Notes under the pieces: generated by a model
What the model was told of the DNA's origin: nothing
What the model saw: the letters and a program-made list of their open reading frames with translations, nothing else
The model's database searches: none
Program-made: the position numbers and the translations under genes
Shown: positions 1-8,193 of the stretch, one piece after another
How positions within the stretch are numbered: position 1 is the stretch's first letter
Layout of the letters: each line of letters starts with the position of its first letter
From: a virus
Length of the DNA: 64,000 bases
IMG/VR virus record: IMGVR_UViG_3300027896_000001
Coordinates: 96,001-160,000 of that record
Strand: one strand, 5' to 3'

Positions 1-566
1 CGTTTATTAATTTAAGAATAGATGATGTTAAGCGTAATGAAGAGATTAGCTCCCATGCCGGGTCCCCGAATGCTACTCCGGCAAAATTAGGAAATCGATT
101 TAAATTAACGATAAGTGATAAGGGCGCAGTAGATATTAAAGCTTCCGGAGAAGGAACTCCATTTAATAATAAAGACGGTTTTCATCTCAGTATTAGCGAA
201 ACAGGAGAATTAAAAATACATAGCAAGGGTAAGATAAGTATTTCTCATGGAGATAATGATGAATCAAAAAATTCAATAGTTCTTGATCCTAAAAAAGGAA
301 TTGATATTACAGCAAAAAAAGGATTCAGGGTAAACGGACTTGAATTAGTTACAAAAAAGTTTATCGACTGGATGAATGAAAATAAAAAAATGTTATGTCA
401 AGTAACCTCAATAGGAGGTCCAGCTCCAATTCATCCTACTGCAATCCCAGGTTTTACACAAGGCGTCGCGTCAATGAACGACAACAATGGGTTTACAACA
501 AAAAATGAAGGCGCGGAAGCGTCAGGAGAAATAAAAGATAAAGATGATACATTTCATTCTATTTAA
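1..566 (+). CDS. Partial CDS (C-terminus), probable baseplate spike/hub-type protein
   Basis: Frame open from nt 3 to the stop at 564-566; beta-strand-like repeats (SIVLDPKKGIDITAKKGFRVNG); structural-gene context. Confidence 0.45.
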   Translation, partial: FINLRIDDVKRNEEISSHAGSPNATPAKLGNRFKLTISDKGAVDIKASGEGTPFNNKDGFHLSISETGELKIHSKGKISISHGDNDESKNSIVLDPKKGIDITAKKGFRVNGLELVTKKFIDWMNENKKMLCQVTSIGGPAPIHPTAIPGFTQGVASMNDNNGFTTKNEGAEASGEIKDKDDTFHSI

Positions 567-581
567 TAAAAGGAGGGTGAT

Positions 582-1238
582 ATGAAACCCGTTTTTATCG
601 ATCGTGAAAAGTTGATGGATTTTGATATTTTCGGGACCACGTCGTTTGGCTTTCTTGGCGGACTTATCAGGTTTGTAACATGGGGTATACCTGGTCTTGG
701 AAATATGAAAGACGCCTCTCATACAGGGTTTATTGTGAAATACAACGGGGTCTGGTGTGCCTGTCAGATGATGGGAACACAAGAAGTGCTTCGTTATGTT
801 TCAGGAGTTTTAAAAAAAGTAATAGAACCGGACGAATGGGCTATATTACCGCATGAGCAGCAAACCACTTACAAACCGGTTATGCTGAAAAACGGTCTTC
901 AAATGGACCCTCTTTCAATGTATGAAAATGATATTTTTAAACCTCATTTTGTCTTTGTTGGAAGGCACCCGGACATGACAAATGAAAAAAGAAAAAAAGC
1001 AATGGAGTATATTCAACAAAAACTGGATAACGGAATTCCATATGACATTGAAGAACTTGTAGGTTTTCCATTCGGAAAAGATAAAAATAAAGTCGCCGAC
1101 ATCTGTTCACGTCTTGTTTATAAAGTCCTCGATTTCCTAGGATTCGCTCAACCTGCTCCTTGGAGAGATAAGGTTGCGCCGGCTGATTATCAAAAGTGGT
1201 ACGTACTAAAGCTAATTGATTGGAAATTGAGTATATAA
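582..1238 (+). CDS. Permuted papain-like NlpC/P60 (YiiX/YebB-like) amidase
   Basis: SHTG His motif precedes PYD...CSRLV Cys motif (permuted order); SD AAGGAGG. Confidence 0.7.
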   Translation: MKPVFIDREKLMDFDIFGTTSFGFLGGLIRFVTWGIPGLGNMKDASHTGFIVKYNGVWCACQMMGTQEVLRYVSGVLKKVIEPDEWAILPHEQQTTYKPVMLKNGLQMDPLSMYENDIFKPHFVFVGRHPDMTNEKRKKAMEYIQQKLDNGIPYDIEELVGFPFGKDKNKVADICSRLVYKVLDFLGFAQPAPWRDKVAPADYQKWYVLKLIDWKLSI

Positions 1239-1532
1239 TTTATTAACCCCAAAGATTACCACCGCCGTTCAAGCGATGGAATCATCAGCCGGGGTGTCCC
1301 CGTACTGGTGTTATTTTTCTTTGCAGTTACAGCCGCCCGCTTACTTTGTCACTCGTCGGCCTGTAAACCTTCAAGTGTTTTCCCGCCTCGCGCGCCTACT
1401 TTGTAGGTTGGCTTATTAAGACAGGGGTTGCGGTAATTAGTATCATCCGCATCTATGTCGGACGATAGACATACGAACGGCACTTCAGGCGCTAACCCTC
1501 CATACCATTCAATCTTTGGGGTTAATAAATTA
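1236..1532 (-). ncRNA. Putative ~297-nt structured ncRNA closed by a 22-bp perfect inverted repeat
   Basis: 1236-1257 TAATTTATTAACCCCAAAGATT is the exact reverse complement of 1511-1532; GC-rich interior with helices whose G-U pairs work on the - strand; promoter immediately upstream. Confidence 0.6.
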
Positions 1533-1542
1533 CATCAATATA

Positions 1543-1572
1543 GTTATACCATAAAATGGTCATTTATCACAA
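1543..1572 (-). promoter_or_regulatory. sigma70-like promoter for the 1236-1532 RNA
   Basis: - strand TTGTGA-18 nt-TATAAC with extended -10 TG. Confidence 0.45.
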
Positions 1573-1647
1573 GTGATATTAACTTATTTGTTTAGTGATT
1601 TTTTTTGAAGTATATTGTATTATATAATATATCAGGAGGGATTGAAA

Positions 1648-1932
1648 ATGCCTCAAATAAGATATACAAAATCTTTGCTTGGGCTTTCTATTAAAAATGA
1701 GGTAAAACAATTTATTCTTGATAATGCTAATAATTTAAAAAATGATAAAGAAATTACCACAGAGCAATCGGCTGAAATGCTTTCAGACGCAATTTGTTTT
1801 GCCATTTCAAAAGCTTTATCATCAAAATCAGTTTCGGCGGCATTTGCTGTAGGACTTGGGCCACAATCAGCAGGCGCTTTAATTTATACGACTCCGGCAG
1901 TTGGGTTGCAATTTCAAACAATTGAATTATAA
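1648..1932 (+). CDS. Hypothetical virion-region protein
   Basis: ATG 1648 with AGGAGG SD preferred over TTG 1615. Confidence 0.65.
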   Translation: MPQIRYTKSLLGLSIKNEVKQFILDNANNLKNDKEITTEQSAEMLSDAICFAISKALSSKSVSAAFAVGLGPQSAGALIYTTPAVGLQFQTIEL

Positions 1933-1965
1933 TTTCAACACGATATTTTAACAAAGGACATCCCT

Positions 1966-4194
1966 ATGATAAAACTTTCAGACGCAGTCATTCAAAAGCC
2001 TTCATTCGTTAAAACAGCGGATTATGAATTGTCAAAAGACGTCTCCGAATGGAATGAACAGATCCTGAAAAATTTTTACGAGGAAGTAAATTACCTTCCA
2101 AAAGAAATCGGGGTTAACGTCGTCATAAAGGATGTCGATGAAAATAATGGATACGCAAAAGGAAGCATTATTGTTTTCTTTAATGGAAAACAGATAAACT
2201 TTCCAATCATTGTTAAAGAATACAAACTCAGTCCATTCGATGTTTTCGTAAAAAAAGAAGGCACGAAAGACATCTATTACCCTGCGTCTGAAGAAAATAT
2301 TAAAAAGTCTTTGATGGCCGACCAGATAGCAACTCTTGAAAATCGCTGGGACCAAGCGCGCGGATATCAGCTCATTAAATCTCCTGGCGGAATCATGCCC
2401 AAGCAATCAGTAAACCTATACGATGCTCCTGAAGAATCGATTTATCCTCCGTTTGCAAAAATGTCCAGATGGCCATTTCTCGCACACAAAGAAGATCTTG
2501 AAAAATTCGGCGCAACGCTTGGTAACTGGCCTGAAATCGCATCTTCTTTTCATGATAATACAGGAGACCTGGTTACCAGAATTGTTGAACTTAAAGACTC
2601 TCAACGCGAAGAAGTCATGCGTAAAGACCACCGCCAGGGTATAATCGATCTTGGGAACGTTATCAACGCGAAGCAGGCGTTGACAGCTCTAGATTCAGAA
2701 CTCATTGATACTACCAAACTCGTTCCTTTGGAACCACCATGCGTGGCAGAAGTGCGTTTATACGAATATCCTTCAATGGAAGATTTCATTGGCAGCGGAG
2801 ACAGTGCATCAGAAAGATTCATAGCATCTAAGGTTGGAAAACCAATAACAGGAATCCTTCTTGATCTTGTTGATCGCGACAAATTTTCAAACGATTGTTG
2901 TGTGCCATGCTCTGTTACCAGCTCCACAGCGACAGAAGAGGAAAAACTGAAAGCTGTGAGAAATCGCAGAGATCAAATCTTTTTCTCTCTCTGTGGAAAA
3001 TTCTACAGTGAATTCAGCGATTATAATAAAACCGGAATAGGGTTCTACGGAACCAGTATGCTCAATATGCCGGAAGCTGTTGAAAAAGCGGTCGGAATGC
3101 TCGCCCTTGTCACAACAGATGATTTTGTCAATACCAATCCGCAAAACGCCAATGATGGTTCAGACAAACTTTTTGCCGCTTTCAATACTCTTGATCAGGG
3201 TCATAGTGACCACGGGGACGGCGGCCGGATGCTCGAGAACTCCAGATACGGAAGCACCTATGATAAAGGCGTCTTTATTGTATACGGCGCCGGCACTTCT
3301 TATGAATGTGTGCGAATAGATGGTATTTTCAAAAAATACCTTGTAAATGATTCGCACGTTTATGTATCTCCGGAAGTGGTTATTATTCCTGCGAACATTG
3401 CTTCTGTTCAGAAAGTCTGTTCCGTGAAAGACCCTGTTTATAAAATGATTGTCGGAAAAGCAAAAAATATTTATCTCATTCCGGAATCTTCATTAGTAAT
3501 AAACAGGCAGTTTCTGAAATCTCTTAACGAGAGGGATTTCATGCGCCCAGATCTTTCTGTTCAGCAGACATACGAAAAGGCGAATATTACAAAGGTTGCT
3601 CTTTATATCGCATCTGACGGAAAAAATATCGGTTATAAAATCGAAGGGAAACCTTTCGAGTCATTGAAAAAAATAGCCAATCTTAACGGACAAATGCTCA
3701 ATACGATAGAAACAAAGGCCGCTTTAAGAGTCATGGGAATGAGTAAAACAGCAAGTGAAAAAGCCATGGCTTGCGCATTGAATAAATTCAGCGATTATAA
3801 CCAGAAAGATAAAAATGTTTTTATCTGGGGAGTAAACAGCGACTATATCAATCCGAACGTATTCGAAGGGCAAGAAAAAATAGCACTGGTTAAATCAGTC
3901 CTTAAAGAAATCGCTTACAATTTAAGGCGCGATCTTACTAAGGAAGCAAGCGTTCTAACGGACCCGAATGCTGTAGATGTCGTGCTTTCACTTAATTTCA
4001 TCAATGAGGAAAGTCTGGGTAATTACATAGACAGCGTTGATGATATGAAGAAAGTTTTATCCGACCTGTCTCAAATTCTTGTAGCATCAAGAATGGGACT
4101 TTCAGACATTGATGAAACAGCTGTGAAAAATGCAATCAAAGGCTTGTCAGAAGTAATCAATGGTCTTGAAAATGTAAAAATGGCAGTCAGATAA
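1966..4194 (+). CDS. Large head-associated protein of unknown function
   Basis: 742-aa ORF, SD AAGGA, several K-x-A motifs shared with head proteins. Confidence 0.6.
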   Translation: MIKLSDAVIQKPSFVKTADYELSKDVSEWNEQILKNFYEEVNYLPKEIGVNVVIKDVDENNGYAKGSIIVFFNGKQINFPIIVKEYKLSPFDVFVKKEGTKDIYYPASEENIKKSLMADQIATLENRWDQARGYQLIKSPGGIMPKQSVNLYDAPEESIYPPFAKMSRWPFLAHKEDLEKFGATLGNWPEIASSFHDNTGDLVTRIVELKDSQREEVMRKDHRQGIIDLGNVINAKQALTALDSELIDTTKLVPLEPPCVAEVRLYEYPSMEDFIGSGDSASERFIASKVGKPITGILLDLVDRDKFSNDCCVPCSVTSSTATEEEKLKAVRNRRDQIFFSLCGKFYSEFSDYNKTGIGFYGTSMLNMPEAVEKAVGMLALVTTDDFVNTNPQNANDGSDKLFAAFNTLDQGHSDHGDGGRMLENSRYGSTYDKGVFIVYGAGTSYECVRIDGIFKKYLVNDSHVYVSPEVVIIPANIASVQKVCSVKDPVYKMIVGKAKNIYLIPESSLVINRQFLKSLNERDFMRPDLSVQQTYEKANITKVALYIASDGKNIGYKIEGKPFESLKKIANLNGQMLNTIETKAALRVMGMSKTASEKAMACALNKFSDYNQKDKNVFIWGVNSDYINPNVFEGQEKIALVKSVLKEIAYNLRRDLTKEASVLTDPNAVDVVLSLNFINEESLGNYIDSVDDMKKVLSDLSQILVASRMGLSDIDETAVKNAIKGLSEVINGLENVKMAVR

Positions 4195-4197
4195 AAA

Positions 4198-4446
4198 ATG
4201 CTTGGAATCAAAAGTGAATACTTTGAAAAAACGGCAAGAGAGATCCCTGAACCGTTGAAACGTTTATTGTCAAAAGTCAGAGACGATGCCAAGGATACAT
4301 ACGACTTGGTTACCAAGCTTCCGGGAAATGACACATTTGTAAGCCAGAATCTTATTTTTTATACTCCGCATATTCAAGTAGCAAAAATTAAAGAAAAACA
4401 AAATGGAAAAAAAAGAAAAATAGGAGTGTTTAAATTCGGAGAATAA
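4198..4446 (+). CDS. Small hypothetical protein (FEKTA motif)
   Basis: Directly follows the previous gene; carries a K-x-A motif. Confidence 0.55.
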   Translation: MLGIKSEYFEKTAREIPEPLKRLLSKVRDDAKDTYDLVTKLPGNDTFVSQNLIFYTPHIQVAKIKEKQNGKKRKIGVFKFGE

Positions 4447-4490
4447 TATTATAATTAGGTACATCGGTAGTACCTCCTTGGTTAAGGTGG

Positions 4491-4526
4491 GAAGACGGCT
4501 CTAGAACATCAGAGCCGTTTTCTTTT
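4491..4526 (+). terminator. Intrinsic terminator
   Basis: GAAGACGGCTCT/AGAGCCGTTTTC stem followed by T tract. Confidence 0.7.
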
Positions 4527-4533
4527 AATGGCT

Positions 4534-4568
4534 AAAAAAAAAGAGCCTCCTGGGTCGGAGGAGGCTCT
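4534..4568 (-). terminator. Intrinsic terminator ending the RT operon transcript
   Basis: AGAGCCTCC/GGAGGCTCT stem followed on the - strand by a long T run. Confidence 0.8.
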
Positions 4569-4573
4569 ACAAA

Positions 4574-4798
4574 CCAGTTAACACTACGGAACAGAACCTG
4601 ACTGGGGTCGGGGGCCAGGAAGGTTCTCACCTGACTGGCCCCGCCACACGGAAGCGTAAGCTTATCGTGTGGACAGGCAGACGACTTGACGCGCGTCGCG
4701 AGCCGGAAAGGTAAGCGAGCGACGTCAGCCGTCAATGATCATCCAGCGCGGAACACGCTGGTTGAGAGTATTTTATCTCTCCTTCCGCAATTAACTGG
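4574..4798 (-). ncRNA. Retron-like (msr-msd-type) structured RNA, candidate RT template
   Basis: 5' arm CCAGUUAA-UUGCGGAA pairs with 3' arm UUCCGUAG-UG-UUAACUGG; G just after the 5' arm; hairpins GAGAG/CUCUC, CCAGCG/CGCUGG, UUGACG/CGUCAA, CCACACG/CGUGUGG, GGGGCCAG/CUGGCCCC; lies between the RT operon and its terminator. Confidence 0.7.
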
Positions 4799-5021
4799 CA
4801 GGATTTTGATCGGGATTTTTATGAAGCTGTTTTACGACTTTTTTTATTTTTTTAATTTTTTTTCTCGTGTTTTTTTTTGTTTTATGATTTTTTCTTATTC
4901 GTTTGATTGTTTCGGAGACATACGGAAATATCGCTTTCGCAAAATTTGCCGTAATGTCAACTATAATGTTGAATGCTGGCGATCTTTTATTTAGAATCGC
5001 CTTTGATTCAGGCTCGTTCAT
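4791..5021 (-). CDS. Small basic protein, last ORF of the RT operon
   Basis: Start overlaps the rnhA stop (ATGA); Lys/Arg-rich C-half; its stop codon lies in the 5' arm of the ncRNA. Confidence 0.6.
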   Translation of the reverse strand: MNEPESKAILNKRSPAFNIIVDITANFAKAIFPYVSETIKRIRKNHKTKKNTRKKIKKIKKVVKQLHKNPDQNPAS

Positions 5022-5518
5022 AAAACAGCCCTTTCTTTTGGTTGGTTTGTGAGAAGGTCTCTTAGAGACTCATCCACATGAATATTGAATTTGCATGTGG
5101 AATGTCCTTTGACCCATTGGAATTTGAAGCTCTTGAACTCGGGGGTTAACCTGCAAAGCTCCTTCCAAAGGTCAGAATTAATAACACCTCCTCCTGATGA
5201 TTTTCTCCAACCATTCCTTTTCCATTCCTCTGAATATTCGGTAAAATTATCGGACACGTAACGCGAATCGGTAATAACAATACAATTATTATTCGACGCT
5301 CCGTCATAACTTTCTTTTAGAAGTTTTATTAAATCTTTCAACCCTTCAATTACAGCAGTCAATTCCATACGATTATTGGTTGTATTTGTCACTATATCTC
5401 TTTTACTCGAAATTTCATTTTTTGCCGGATCAAGAATTATATAAGCCCATGCGCCATTACATCCAGCGTTTCGTTTGTTTCCCGAACAACCGCCGTCTGT
5501 ATATATTGAAAACTCCAT
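5018..5518 (-). CDS. rnhA: Ribonuclease HI
   Basis: YTDGGCSGN, TNNRMELTAVIEGL, TDSRYV, WVKGH...N..VD catalytic motifs; start overlaps the RT stop. Confidence 0.93.
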   Translation of the reverse strand: MEFSIYTDGGCSGNKRNAGCNGAWAYIILDPAKNEISSKRDIVTNTTNNRMELTAVIEGLKDLIKLLKESYDGASNNNCIVITDSRYVSDNFTEYSEEWKRNGWRKSSGGGVINSDLWKELCRLTPEFKSFKFQWVKGHSTCKFNIHVDESLRDLLTNQPKERAVL

Positions 5519-6588
5519 TATGCTGCGGCCGTTCTAGGGAATTTTTTATTTTCGAATTCCGTTAGTTGGCGCATGTATTTGTTTCCTTTTTCAGGATTTA
5601 CCGACATCAAAAACGATGCCCACCCCTTTAAACATCTTATTCTTGATTTTGTCGTATGATCAGGGAATTTGTATATTGCATGATGAACTTTCGCCCTGAA
5701 TTTTTTGAACAGACTTTTCTGAACATTGGGATTCTTGTTTATAACTACGCCGCATATTTTAAGCCTCGAGCCTTTTCCTCGGTATCTTGTTTTTTCTCTT
5801 TTGGGAGAAAATTTGAACGCCCATAACAATGCGTACGCTTTCTTTTTTGTTTTTTCCATTAATTCCAATGGTGATAATGTGGGACTGCTAAACGCCAGAT
5901 CGTCTGCATATCTGGTATACGTTATCCCGTGTTGTTTGCAATGTTCGGTCATTGCTATGTCAAAACCGCGCATCACTATATTCGCAAGCATGGGAGATGT
6001 GGGGAAGCCTTGGGCCGTAAACCCATTATATGTACAGGCTTCTATTACTCTTTTAAAAAGAGATTGATAACCAGTTTCGTCACAATAATTTGGTATGAAA
6101 ATTGCTTTTATTTCTTCGCATTTATATTCGAAATTTACAACCTTATTTTTATATAATGACGGATGGCATTTTCCATCAAGCATTCTTGTGTATTTACTGC
6201 AATATCGGCAAATATTTTTATTGCCGAACAAACAGTTTTTCAGATGGTCAACCGATATCGAATCAAAAAAACTTTTGATGTCTACTTTTCCTAAAGATAT
6301 ACATCTTAAATGTTGTGTAGCATTGGTTACTATTCCTCTTTTAGGAACAAACCCGTGCGCAGCTTCATGATATGAATATCTTTTTAGGAATCTGAAATAA
6401 ACGAATTTTTGGATATGTTTTAAATCATCATCAGGGGCTATAACAACTCTTTCGGATCCGTCTTTTTTGGGAATTGTAAAACGATGAATATGCCTTTCTT
6501 TGTCATTAAGAATGGCATCGACCTCTTCTCTCGTTTTCCCAAAAATCATTTTAAAATCAAAGTTGCTTGTCCTTTCCGGCTCCATCAA
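5518..6588 (-). CDS. Retron-type reverse transcriptase with Cys-rich insertion
   Basis: IPKKDG..R, AHGF, region X NATQH (NAxxH), DIKSFF, QGFPTSP, YTRYADD; region Y reads ICG where VTG is usual; no maturase or endonuclease domain. Confidence 0.92.
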   Translation of the reverse strand: MMEPERTSNFDFKMIFGKTREEVDAILNDKERHIHRFTIPKKDGSERVVIAPDDDLKHIQKFVYFRFLKRYSYHEAAHGFVPKRGIVTNATQHLRCISLGKVDIKSFFDSISVDHLKNCLFGNKNICRYCSKYTRMLDGKCHPSLYKNKVVNFEYKCEEIKAIFIPNYCDETGYQSLFKRVIEACTYNGFTAQGFPTSPMLANIVMRGFDIAMTEHCKQHGITYTRYADDLAFSSPTLSPLELMEKTKKKAYALLWAFKFSPKREKTRYRGKGSRLKICGVVINKNPNVQKSLFKKFRAKVHHAIYKFPDHTTKSRIRCLKGWASFLMSVNPEKGNKYMRQLTEFENKKFPRTAAA

Positions 6589-7669
6589 CTACCTCCTGTT
6601 GGCCTGGTTTGATTGTTTTAACAGCATCTTTTCTTGCTTGATTAATGTCTTTTGCCGATCCTGTTTTAATCAGTTCATCTGCTTTTTTCTCGACCGGATC
6701 GGTTGGATCTACTGCATATTTTTCCATAGGTTCGATCTCCTCTTCTTGGTTTAATATTTTTGACATATCTTCTACAAATCTATCAAGCAATTGATCTTTT
6801 ACTATTCCGGCGCCTACGTTATAATGACCGCCGCCACTTACTAAATAATCAAAACTTGAGAATGTTTTTCCTATATTTATTTCATTTGCTTCTTTTTGCC
6901 ATTGATTATAACCAACTTCTACATAAACATTATTGTTACCAATAGGTGTTATTCTTAATATGTATTTAATGTTCGGAAATATTAATAATTCGGCATATCT
7001 TGGAAATTGTCCTTTTCTTCGTTGGTTTACTATCGACATTTTTTTCGCCAGGACAATAGAGTTTTTTATCTGCAATGCACTTTTTTCAAGCTCTCTCACA
7101 TAGTATGGACCTATCCTTAAAATATAGATAGCCTCTTTAATATCAAGTTTTGTTTTTTCAAGAACTTCTACTATTCTACAATAAGTCATTTCGTTTGGAA
7201 AAGCTCTTTCGATATAAGCTCTTAATATCATCATAGGGCTTTTATCCATAAAAATCTGATTAATGTTTTTATAGGAAGCCGAATCAATCATATCCACAAG
7301 CGATATGAACGACTGGTCATAATCGAAAGTATCATTTAATCTTATAGTATGCACAAGCCTTGCCGCTGAAGGGCTTTTTGGATTATAGATTATTTTATTA
7401 TTCTTGATTTCGCACTCACCAAAGTCGGGATTAAAATGATGATCAACCCATAAATCAGCGTCTTTATGATATTGAAAATCTAGGATAATTTTAAAATCAC
7501 CTTTTTTTTTAATGATACTGGGGAAAAAAATATTAAATTTAGAACCTCTCCATGACGACGATACAGGATATAACCTGTATCTTCCGCGAACAACATTATG
7601 AAGATATAAGGATGCAGAAATAATACCATCTATATCGTCGTGGAAAAAGACATGTTGCGTTCCGTTCAT
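6557..7669 (-). CDS. DHH/DHHA1 family phosphoesterase (NrnA/RecJ-like)
   Basis: HDDIDG, WVDHH, SAA, DMID and GGGH motifs; ATG 7669 has an AAGGAGG SD (the track start at 7726 is probably too long). Confidence 0.85.
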   Translation of the reverse strand: MNGTQHVFFHDDIDGIISASLYLHNVVRGRYRLYPVSSSWRGSKFNIFFPSIIKKKGDFKIILDFQYHKDADLWVDHHFNPDFGECEIKNNKIIYNPKSPSAARLVHTIRLNDTFDYDQSFISLVDMIDSASYKNINQIFMDKSPMMILRAYIERAFPNEMTYCRIVEVLEKTKLDIKEAIYILRIGPYYVRELEKSALQIKNSIVLAKKMSIVNQRRKGQFPRYAELLIFPNIKYILRITPIGNNNVYVEVGYNQWQKEANEINIGKTFSSFDYLVSGGGHYNVGAGIVKDQLLDRFVEDMSKILNQEEEIEPMEKYAVDPTDPVEKKADELIKTGSAKDINQARKDAVKTIKPGQQEVVDGAGKDKQL

Positions 7670-7702
7670 TTTCCTCCTTAAGCAAACAGTTAAAATTCTT
7701 CT

Positions 7703-7723
7703 ACTATAATTGTTATTACAAAA
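7703..7723 (-). promoter_or_regulatory. Putative phage promoter/operator of the RT operon
   Basis: TTTTGTAATAACAATTATAGT, 20/21 identical to 55756-55776. Confidence 0.55.
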
Positions 7724-7769
7724 CAAAGTTTAAAATAACACAAGGAATAGAGAAAACAAAAGAGAGGAT

Positions 7770-8123
7770 TTATCTCAATGTTTTTCTTATTGGAAGGTGG
7801 GAAAGGCGTCTGTCTTCAAGATGGCTTAAATCAGTTGTAGACTCTGCTACGACCTGCTGAGTGTCGGAATCCATGGGCTTGCCTATTATCCCTTCATCCT
7901 GGTGTAAAGGCTGTACATCGGCATTTGAGCGGGCTTTATGAATGGTTCCCTGCAGGTTCCTGCTATTTCTGCTGTAAGTTTTTATACCGGTCACAGCTTT
8001 AGGATTGTGTTTAGTTGAAGTTTTAACTGTATTTATAGAGGAACTTTCACTTGTCGAGGAAATAGATTTTGCTATTTTCTCTATCAGTAATTTGTTATTA
8101 ATCAAATATGAAAGATTTATCAT
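7770..8123 (-). CDS. Hypothetical protein (IEKIA motif)
   Basis: 117-aa ORF filling the gap; K-x-A motif; weak SD. Confidence 0.5.
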   Translation of the reverse strand: MINLSYLINNKLLIEKIAKSISSTSESSSINTVKTSTKHNPKAVTGIKTYSRNSRNLQGTIHKARSNADVQPLHQDEGIIGKPMDSDTQQVVAESTTDLSHLEDRRLSHLPIRKTLR

Positions 8124-8140
8124 AAATTTTGTTTCTTATT

Positions 8141-8171
8141 AAAAAGGCGTAATAGTTTTCTATTACGCCTT
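8141..8171 (-). terminator. Intrinsic terminator
   Basis: AAGGCGTAATAG/CTATTACGCCTT stem with T tract on the - strand. Confidence 0.7.
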
Positions 8172-8193
8172 CGATATATAAGCAAAAAACTGA

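Noticed and set aside
1270-1310. RNase P 3'-like CCCGGCT in the 1236-1532 RNA
   Set aside because: Partner GAGGAAAGUCC motif is missing
4690-4725. SRP RNA helix-8 resemblance (GCCGGAAAGGTAAGC on +)
   Set aside because: Conserved CAGG/AGCA internal loop absent; G-U pairs and the terminator favour the - strand
4532-4994. ORFs 4532-4735 (-) and 4686-4994 (+)
   Set aside because: They overlap the structured RNA and terminator; no SD; implausible composition
5518-6588. RT as DGR or group II intron enzyme
   Set aside because: Has retron NAxxH and QGxPTSP rather than the DGR SQ motif; no TR/VR pair, Avd, maturase domain or intron domain V seen
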